From contig CAYMYS010000005.1 in assembly GCA_964394725.1 (NCBI GenBank), positions 1-55,347 on the forward strand: 55,347 bases of DNA, written 5' to 3'. Of this stretch, positions 48,183 to 55,347 are shown piece after piece. Positions within the stretch are counted from its first letter, which is position 1. Each line of letters starts with the position of its first letter. The DNA is from an uncultured Syntrophaceae bacterium. GTDB lineage: Bacteria > Desulfobacterota > Syntrophia > Syntrophales > UBA2210. Below the pieces are notes generated by a model, which ran no database searches, was not told the origin of the DNA, and saw only the letters and a list, made by a program, of their open reading frames with translations. The position numbers and the translations under genes were made by a program.

Positions 48183-49577
48183 TCAAATAATCTCAGCTTT
48201 TACCACCTTTTCCGTCGTGTTGGTCAATCTGACCCTATCGCTCATTTTCACTCCCATTATCCACAATACGGACTTCCGGTCAACTAAAAGGGGTATCCGG
48301 CTTCTTCTTTTTTTTGGTATCTTTTCATCGATAAAGATTTCCTTTATCTTTTTTGTCCCTTCCATACCGAGGGGTTGCATCCTCTCTCCCTCTTTCACAT
48401 TTCTAATTTCAAGGGGAAGGGCTATCGCATTATAGTCCATATAAATTGCCCTGTCGTCTGTAAAATCATTATCCTCACCGTCTACAAGGTCAATTTTTAT
48501 TCTCATATCGGCTTCGCGAATATCGATTATTCCCGGTATTTTTACGTCATAGGTGAAGGAAGCCGCACGCAGCGCTGATTCATCCTTTGCCTTTGAAAGA
48601 ATCAGTGTATCATATTCACGTTCAATCTTCATACAAAAGGGCAGATCGAGAGAACCGTTCGACCTGTTCCCGTTAATCAGATTGACTACTGCCATGACAT
48701 GCACATAACCTATTCCCATCGTTTTTGAAGAAAGCCTTTCAAGGAGATACTTTATCACCCTCCGCTGCATCGCTATGTGCAGGCTTTTGAATTGCGATAT
48801 AGTGATCCGAACCGCGTCACCATGGAGGTGTATTTCCCAGTTTTTCAGTGTCCTCTCTACTATACTTTCAAAATAATCATCTTCTTCCCTCAGGATATCC
48901 GCCATCTGACCCAGATTTTCAACCAATCTATCATTGTAGCTATCACGCAATTCCGGTATAAGGTCTCGTCTTATCCTGTTTCTCACATAGACTCTTTCCA
49001 TGTTAGAACTGTCGGTAACATATTGCATGCCCTCATTTTTCAGGAATGCCAGTATTTCGTCCCTCGTCACCTCCAGAAATGGCCGTATATACCTTTCGTC
49101 ACGCAGCGGAAGCATCCCCTTCAGACCCTCCACACCGCTTCCCCTGAGAAATCTCATGATTATAGTTTCTGCCTGATCGTTCAGATTATGTCCCAGTGCA
49201 ATCTTGTTTAACCCTTCCTTCCGTGAGAGTTCTTTCAGGAATTTAAATCGCTCTCTTCTACAGATATTCTCAATGGAGCCCCCCTCTTTCTTCTTTATCT
49301 CCTTGATGGAAACATATGTGCACTTCACTGGAATCGCCATCGATGCTCCCAACTCCTTCACAAATAACTCGTCTCTGTCAGATTCCTTCCCCCTCAGACC
49401 ATGATTGACGTGGGCCGCTACAAGACGTAGTTCGTAATCTCCTGCCAATAGTGAGAGGAACTGTAAAAGGGCTACAGAGTCAGGACCTCCTGAAATGGCT
49501 ACACATATACGATCGCCACGATCGATCATCCCGAAGCGCTCTATCGTCCTCATTACTTTATTGGGAAAAGTGTTCAT
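48183..49577 (-). CDS. tilS: tRNA(Ile)-lysidine synthetase
   Basis: AISGGPDS, AHVNHGLRG, GHNLNDQAET and RNRIR motifs. Confidence 0.95.
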   Translation of the reverse strand: MNTFPNKVMRTIERFGMIDRGDRICVAISGGPDSVALLQFLSLLAGDYELRLVAAHVNHGLRGKESDRDELFVKELGASMAIPVKCTYVSIKEIKKKEGGSIENICRRERFKFLKELSRKEGLNKIALGHNLNDQAETIIMRFLRGSGVEGLKGMLPLRDERYIRPFLEVTRDEILAFLKNEGMQYVTDSSNMERVYVRNRIRRDLIPELRDSYNDRLVENLGQMADILREEDDYFESIVERTLKNWEIHLHGDAVRITISQFKSLHIAMQRRVIKYLLERLSSKTMGIGYVHVMAVVNLINGNRSNGSLDLPFCMKIEREYDTLILSKAKDESALRAASFTYDVKIPGIIDIREADMRIKIDLVDGEDNDFTDDRAIYMDYNAIALPLEIRNVKEGERMQPLGMEGTKKIKEIFIDEKIPKKRRSRIPLLVDRKSVLWIMGVKMSDRVRLTNTTEKVVKAEII

Positions 49578-49580
49578 ATA

Positions 49581-50222
49581 TTAGAAGAATAATTCTTTCA
49601 GTTCTGTGATGGCCTCACATGAATAATCGGGATCCAATGCAAGCAGGATGTCTCTTTCTCCCAGACCGTTTAAAAGGGCACAACTGAGGGCACCCGAATT
49701 TTTTGCCAGTTTCATATCATTCCACCCATCTCCGACAACAACGGTCTTTTTTATGTCTGCCGAATATTTTTGTGCCAGCAACATCATGAGCGCCGGATCG
49801 GGCTTCTTATAGGGAGCGCCGTCTCTTCCGATTATTTCTTCAAATTGTTCAGCTATCCCTAATTTATCGGCAATAATGCGAGAAAGCTTCTCTACCTTAT
49901 TTGTGACTATAATCTTTTTCGTATCCTTAAAATGATACAGGACATCCGAAACACCGGGATAGAGAGACGTCGTATCCACACAATGAACCGTATAATAAGA
50001 CATAAACAGTTCATATGCCTCATTTATCCTGTCGCTCTTATTTCCAACTGACCTTTCAATGAGTTTCTTTACGCCATCTCCCACATATCCTGCAATTGTT
50101 TCTCCTTCCAATGGTGGCAGTGACATCTCTTTCAGTGTAAAATTAACTGCAGAGACAAGATCATTTCCTGAATCTATAAGGGTTCCGTCGAGATCGAATA
50201 CCATAAGGTCTATTTTTTTCAT
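49581..50222 (-). CDS. HAD hydrolase, phosphoglycolate phosphatase-like
   Basis: FDLDGTL, TNK, KKPDP and VGDG.ND motifs. Confidence 0.85.
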   Translation of the reverse strand: MKKIDLMVFDLDGTLIDSGNDLVSAVNFTLKEMSLPPLEGETIAGYVGDGVKKLIERSVGNKSDRINEAYELFMSYYTVHCVDTTSLYPGVSDVLYHFKDTKKIIVTNKVEKLSRIIADKLGIAEQFEEIIGRDGAPYKKPDPALMMLLAQKYSADIKKTVVVGDGWNDMKLAKNSGALSCALLNGLGERDILLALDPDYSCEAITELKELFF

Positions 50223-50481
50223 TATTCCTCTCATTTCTCAAATATTCTTAGATTATTATAATAACTCATATGCCAATAGCAAGAAGCATGGAATGAGTTT
50301 TTTGACGTCTGCACGGTAAGCGTTGAATATCCTTTTTATGGCATTTTTCATCATTGTATGGTACGAGAGGTGCCATATCTGCTTGGATCCATTTTGGTGG
50401 ACTGGGACGGACTCAAATATTCTCTAGACGGATGTCCCTTCTCATACCACTGGAAGGGCTTTTTTTTAAGGAGGATAAAGG

Positions 50482-51300
50482 ATGAGCACAGAAGTAAAAT
50501 TAAACAGGATAACAGCTCTGTACAGCAACGAAATGAAGAAAAGGGGTGAAAAAATTACCATGCTTACGGCATATGATTATTCCACCGCTCTTAAAGTTGA
50601 CGAAGCCGGCATTGATATCATACTGGTAGGAGATTCCCTTGGCATGGTTATTCTTGGCTATGACAGTACCCTTCCTGTCACCATGGAGGACATGATTCAT
50701 CATACGAAGGCAGTCTCGCGGGCTGCAAAACATGCCATGGTTATTGGGGACATGCCCTTTATGTCCTATCATGCATCGACCGATGACGCTGTGTATAATG
50801 CCGGACGCTTTCTCAAGGAAGCGGGGGCCCATGGCATTAAACTTGAGGGTGGAAGAGAGATATCGAATGTTGTAAGCAGGATATCCGCTGCAGGGATACC
50901 GGTTATGGCACATCTCGGTCTTACCCCTCAAGCAATTCATAAATTAGGTGGATACCGGGTACAGGGAAGGGACAAAGGGGATGCCTCAAGGATATTAGAA
51001 GATGCTAAAATCCTTGAGGATGCCGGTGCATTTTCCCTGGTACTGGAATGTGTTCCTGAAACACTTGCCCGAGAGATCACCGAATCACTGAATATCCCTA
51101 CTATTGGCATAGGAGCCGGCGTACACTGTGATGGGCAGGTCCTCGTAGTAAATGACATGCTCGGATTATATGAAAAATTCACACCGAAATTTGTAAAAAA
51201 ATATGCCGACTTGGATCTTGTATTGAAAAATGCCTTTAAACACTATATCGATGATGTGAAATCGGGTGCATTCCCCGGTGACGAACACTCTTTTCATTAA
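50482..51300 (+). CDS. panB: 3-methyl-2-oxobutanoate hydroxymethyltransferase
   Basis: LTAYD, LVGDSLG, KLEGG, HLGLTPQ and GIGAG..CDGQVLV motifs. Confidence 0.96.
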   Translation: MSTEVKLNRITALYSNEMKKRGEKITMLTAYDYSTALKVDEAGIDIILVGDSLGMVILGYDSTLPVTMEDMIHHTKAVSRAAKHAMVIGDMPFMSYHASTDDAVYNAGRFLKEAGAHGIKLEGGREISNVVSRISAAGIPVMAHLGLTPQAIHKLGGYRVQGRDKGDASRILEDAKILEDAGAFSLVLECVPETLAREITESLNIPTIGIGAGVHCDGQVLVVNDMLGLYEKFTPKFVKKYADLDLVLKNAFKHYIDDVKSGAFPGDEHSFH

Positions 51301-51552
51301 TATTCTCTATTTTGTCCTTGTCATTTCACCGGGAATATTCTATAAAGATTCGGTATTACTGGATAATATCACCGGTTTTTTGTATAATCAAGTTAAAACC
51401 GAACACTTTCAATACGCTGTTATGATAGAAGCATTTATTTCCTTCGAGACTTTAGATATATCGAGTATGCCTTCAGCTTATTGATAAAGAGCTGGGCGAA
51501 TATTGCTGCATTGAACATACGCAAAAAGAGACATAACTTTCGAAAGGAGTTA

Positions 51553-52230
51553 ATGATAATGAATATTCTTATTTTTGGTCCTAATGGAAGCGGTAAGGGA
51601 ACTCAGGGTGCAATTGTTCAGAAAAAATTTGGTTTACCTCATATAGAGACGGGGGTGATCTTCAGAGAAAACATTACCTCCGGGACCGACCTTGGCAAAA
51701 AGGCCAAGGGGTATATCGAAAGGGGTGAATTGGTTCCAGATGACATTACCATACCGATGATTCTGAACCGCCTCCAAGAGGATGATTGCAGAGAAGGCTG
51801 GCTTCTTGATGGTTTCCCAAGGAATCTTGCCCAGGCAGAGGCACTCTACGATGCCCTGCAAAGTGTAAAGATGAATTTGGATTATGCCATAGAGATTCTC
51901 CTCGACAGGGAAACGTCCAAAAGACGGATTATGGGAAGAAGATTGTGTGAAAAAGACAATAATCACCCCAACAATATATACATAGATGCCATCAAACCGG
52001 ATGAAAAAGATGGAATCTTTATATGCAGAGTCTGTGGGGGAAGCCTTACTACCCGTGATGATGACCAGGATGAAGCCACAATTGACAAAAGACACAACAT
52101 CTATTACGATGACGTAACGGGGACTACGGCAGGAATAAATTACTTCAAGGAAAGGGTTACAGTCATAGGAATAGACGGCCTGCCCGGAGTCAAGGAAGTT
52201 TCCAAAGATCTTCTGAAGAAGCTGGGCTAG
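51553..52230 (+). CDS. adk: Adenylate kinase with metal-binding LID
   Basis: GPNGSGKGTQ and LDGFPR motifs; C-x5-H-x19-C-x2-C in the LID. Start is ATG 51553 or 51559 after AAGGAG. Confidence 0.95.
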   Translation: MIMNILIFGPNGSGKGTQGAIVQKKFGLPHIETGVIFRENITSGTDLGKKAKGYIERGELVPDDITIPMILNRLQEDDCREGWLLDGFPRNLAQAEALYDALQSVKMNLDYAIEILLDRETSKRRIMGRRLCEKDNNHPNNIYIDAIKPDEKDGIFICRVCGGSLTTRDDDQDEATIDKRHNIYYDDVTGTTAGINYFKERVTVIGIDGLPGVKEVSKDLLKKLG

Positions 52231-52251
52231 CAAACCTCGGATTGAATTCAC

Positions 52252-52285
52252 AAAAGCCTTCCTTTATTTTGCGGGAGGCTTTTTT
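52252..52285 (+). terminator. Intrinsic terminator after adk
   Basis: AAAAGCCT..AGGCTTTTTT. Confidence 0.65.
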
Positions 52286-52300
52286 AGTAGAGACACGTAT

Positions 52301-54100
52301 ATGGAACATATCAGGAATTTCAGCATAATAGCACATATCGATCATGGCAAATCAACCCTTGCCGACAGATTGATACAGTCTTCAGGAATCATCAATGAAC
52401 GTAACTTTAAAAATCAGATTCTTGATACCATGGACATCGAGCGTGAGAGGGGAATCACCATAAAAAGCCAGGCAATAACGATTCCCTATCAGGCACGTGA
52501 CGGACAAAATTATAAACTGAACCTTATCGACACACCGGGGCATGTCGATTTTTCCTATGAAGTGTCTCGTGCCCTGGCATCATGCGAGGGCGTCTTACTG
52601 CTTGTCGATGCCGCTCAGGGTGTGCAGGCCCAGACCGTTGCCAACCTGTATATGGCCATGGAACATGATCTTGAAATAATCCCCGTGATTAATAAGATTG
52701 ATCTTCCTGCAGCCAATGTTGAGGAGGTTATGGAACAGATTGATTCGGAACTGGGACTGGATCCCTATTCGAGCATCACCTGTTCCGCAAAAGAGGGTAT
52801 CGGCATAGAAGACATTCTCGAAGCGATCGTCGAAAAGATTCCTCCTCCGAAAGGCATAGAGTCTGACCCTCTGACTGCCCTCATCTTTGACGCACACTAT
52901 GACGATTTTCGAGGAACGATTGTCCATTGCCGTATTTTCGATGGCTCATTAAAGCCAGGCGACATAATCCGCTTCATGTACAATGACACGAAATACAAGA
53001 TTGAAGAAGTCGGCTACTTTTCACTTGCCAGGGAAAAGAAGGATAGTCTGCGTGCAGGTGATGTCGGTTACATAATCGCAGGAATAAAAACGGTCTCCGA
53101 TGTTCACATTGGCGACACCATGACCCTTGACAAGAATCCCTGTAGCCAGCCACTTCCAGGATTTAAGGAGGTTAAACCGGTAGTTTTTGCATCAATCTAC
53201 CCGATTTCCTCAGATGATTACGCAGAACTTTCGGATTCACTCGATAAATACAAACTCAATGATGCATCCTTTACATATCAAAAGGATTCCTCCAGCGCAC
53301 TGGGGCAGGGTTTTCGATGCGGTTTCCTGGGACTTTTACACCTGGATATCGTACAGGAACGCATCGAAAGGGAATATGGCATCTCGATCCTTTTTTCTGT
53401 TCCCAGTGTTAAATATCGTTTCACACTGACTGACGGTCAGATTATCTTCATTGATAACCCCACCTACTACCCCGGCGCCGCTGCTATCGCGAAGGGGGAA
53501 GAACCCTACATCAGGGCAACGATGATGTTTCCTGAAAGATATACAGGTCCCGTCATGAAACTATGCAGGGACAAGAGGGGAGAAAATTCTATCCTGAATT
53601 ATCCCAGTCCGGGGCGCGCCGAACTCGTCTTTGAAATGCCTCTGGCAGAGGTCATTACCGATTTTTACGATCGCATAAAGACCATCACACAAGGATATGG
53701 TTCATTTGATTATGATTTTATCGACTACAGGGAAAGTGAACTGACACTCCTCGATATTCTTGTCAATGGAGAAAAGGTAGATGCCCTGTCACAGATTGTT
53801 CACAGGAACCGTGCACGCGAGCGTGGACTCTTTGCCTGTGAAAGGTTGAGAGAAGAGATACCGAGACAGATGTTCAAAATAGCAATTCAGGGTGCCATTG
53901 GGGGGCAGATAATTTCGCGTACTACCATTTCTCCCTTTAGAAAGGATGTAACGGCAAAGTGTTATGGCGGTGATATCACCCGTAAGAGGAAGCTCCTTGA
54001 AAAGCAGAAAAAAGGGAAAATGAAAATGAAAACAGTGGGATCGGTTGCAATTCCTCAAAGTGCCTTTCTTGCCGTTTTAAAATCCGATGCAAATTCCTAA
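52301..54100 (+). CDS. lepA: Elongation factor 4
   Basis: AHIDHGKSTLAD, DTPGHVDF, NKID and KCYGGD..RKRKLL motifs. Confidence 0.97.
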   Translation: MEHIRNFSIIAHIDHGKSTLADRLIQSSGIINERNFKNQILDTMDIERERGITIKSQAITIPYQARDGQNYKLNLIDTPGHVDFSYEVSRALASCEGVLLLVDAAQGVQAQTVANLYMAMEHDLEIIPVINKIDLPAANVEEVMEQIDSELGLDPYSSITCSAKEGIGIEDILEAIVEKIPPPKGIESDPLTALIFDAHYDDFRGTIVHCRIFDGSLKPGDIIRFMYNDTKYKIEEVGYFSLAREKKDSLRAGDVGYIIAGIKTVSDVHIGDTMTLDKNPCSQPLPGFKEVKPVVFASIYPISSDDYAELSDSLDKYKLNDASFTYQKDSSSALGQGFRCGFLGLLHLDIVQERIEREYGISILFSVPSVKYRFTLTDGQIIFIDNPTYYPGAAAIAKGEEPYIRATMMFPERYTGPVMKLCRDKRGENSILNYPSPGRAELVFEMPLAEVITDFYDRIKTITQGYGSFDYDFIDYRESELTLLDILVNGEKVDALSQIVHRNRARERGLFACERLREEIPRQMFKIAIQGAIGGQIISRTTISPFRKDVTAKCYGGDITRKRKLLEKQKKGKMKMKTVGSVAIPQSAFLAVLKSDANS

Positions 54101-54106
54101 TCCATT

Positions 54107-55249
54107 ATGACCGGATCAAAGAGACAGAGCGTACCTGGCCTCTATATACACATCCCATTCTGTGTATCAAAATGCGATTATTGCAACTTCTACTCCGTGA
54201 CAGATTGCTCAAAAATCCCCATATTTATAGAATGCCTCCTCAATGAGATAGAACTATATAAAAACTATTTTGATCGGTTTGATACGGTTTATCTTGGTGG
54301 CGGAACACCGTCGATTCTGAACCCGAAACAACTGGGAATAATCCTGGACGAAGTGCACAAATACTTTTTGATTCTCGAAGATGCCGAAATAACCTGTGAA
54401 GTAAATCCAGGTGATCTCTCTCTAAACTATCTCCATTCTCTGCACGACATGGGGATAAACCGCCTGAGCATTGGAGTCCAGTCATTCGATGATGACCTCC
54501 TCACATTCCTCGGCCGCAGACATTCAGCATCGGAAGCTATGAATGCTCTTGATAACTCACGCAAGGCGGGATTTGAAAATATAGGCTTTGATCTTATATA
54601 TGGTATTCCCGGTCAGAACTTAAAATCCTGGGAGAAAGATTTACATCAGGCGCTCTCATTTGAGTCTGAGCATATATCTTGCTATGAGTTGACACTTGAA
54701 GGTGATACACCGCTTGCTTTCAAATATACGAATGGAGATATCTCACTGCCTGATAACGAAATGCTGTATAAACTTTTTATTGAAACCTCCGAATTTTTAG
54801 AGGATGCCGGATACATCCACTATGAAGTATCCAACTTTGCCAGGAACATAAATCTTCAATCACGACACAATCAAAAATACTGGGATCATACATCGTATCT
54901 TGGTATCGGTCCTGCCGCCCATTCCTTTCTTAAAAACAAACGTTGGTGGAATCATCGGTCTCTTGATCATTATACAGGTGATGTAAAGGAGAGGAGGCCA
55001 CCTATCGGTGGTCGGGAAGGGCTGACATTAAAACAACTGCGTGATGAAGCGCTCTATCTTGGACTACGCACACGAAAGGGTATACATCTAAAAGACTTTT
55101 TAATGAGATATAACTGTGATCTTCTTCGAGAAAAGAAAGAAATTATAAAGAGACTTACAGAGGATCACTTGATTGAAATCCATAATGGTACTTTACAGCC
55201 CACAGTGAAAGGACTCGCCCTTGCAGACAGTATCTACCGTGAACTATGA
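54107..55249 (+). CDS. hemW: Radical SAM heme chaperone HemW (HemN-like)
   Basis: YIHIPFCVSKCDYCNF, GGGTPS, YEVSNF and HNQKYW motifs; follows lepA. Confidence 0.9.
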   Translation: MTGSKRQSVPGLYIHIPFCVSKCDYCNFYSVTDCSKIPIFIECLLNEIELYKNYFDRFDTVYLGGGTPSILNPKQLGIILDEVHKYFLILEDAEITCEVNPGDLSLNYLHSLHDMGINRLSIGVQSFDDDLLTFLGRRHSASEAMNALDNSRKAGFENIGFDLIYGIPGQNLKSWEKDLHQALSFESEHISCYELTLEGDTPLAFKYTNGDISLPDNEMLYKLFIETSEFLEDAGYIHYEVSNFARNINLQSRHNQKYWDHTSYLGIGPAAHSFLKNKRWWNHRSLDHYTGDVKERRPPIGGREGLTLKQLRDEALYLGLRTRKGIHLKDFLMRYNCDLLREKKEIIKRLTEDHLIEIHNGTLQPTVKGLALADSIYREL

Positions 55250-55255
55250 CACTAC

Positions 55256-55290
55256 AAAAAAGCCTGACCGAACCGGTCAGGCTTTTTTTT
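55256..55290. terminator. Bidirectional intrinsic terminator
   Basis: AAAAAAGCCTGACCG-AAC-CGGTCAGGCTTTTTTTT, between hemW and a convergent tRNA. Confidence 0.9.
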
Positions 55291-55294
55291 CTTT

Positions 55295-55347
55295 TGGTGG
55301 CGGTGCAGGGAATTGAACCCCGGACACTACGGATATGAGCCGTATGC
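55295..55347 (-). tRNA. tRNA with CAT anticodon, probably elongator tRNA-Met (5' end outside the window)
   Basis: TACGG-CTCATAT-CCGTA anticodon arm, GTTCAAT T-loop, CACCGCC-A-CCA 3' end. Confidence 0.85.

Overview
A 55.3 kb bacterial chromosomal window. Gene content and order suggest a Desulfobacterota (former Deltaproteobacteria, possibly Syntrophales-like) genome; this is inference only. The right two thirds is mostly housekeeping: thrC, M16/M20 peptidases, phoH-7TM/HD-ybeY, mltD, prfB with its +1 frameshift, lnt, corC, a FlhG/MinD-like ATPase, lon-clpX-clpP-tig, lysC, tsaE, acpS, folP, ftsH, tilS, panB, adk, lepA, hemW and five tRNAs (one truncated). The left third is accessory. It holds a partial cfa, an NT5C-like nucleotidase, an acyltransferase bracketed by identical 26-bp repeats, a sodium:solute symporter with a PAS/NarL two-component system, and a pelD-E-F-G-like exopolysaccharide synthase cluster. 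That cluster has no pelA/B/C in the window and sits directly behind a REC-PP2C phosphatase plus STAS partner-switch pair; it is the strongest candidate for an undescribed system. Reading the DNA directly also showed features absent from the ORF track: two ~190-bp copies of a MITE-like element, an internally deleted four-helix-bundle pseudogene between inverted repeats, a 17-bp tandem duplication that frameshifts the acyltransferase tail, a REP-like hairpin, and a possible ATT start for corC. I saw no CRISPR array, integrase or intact transposase. All assignments come from motif recognition by eye; no database searches were run.
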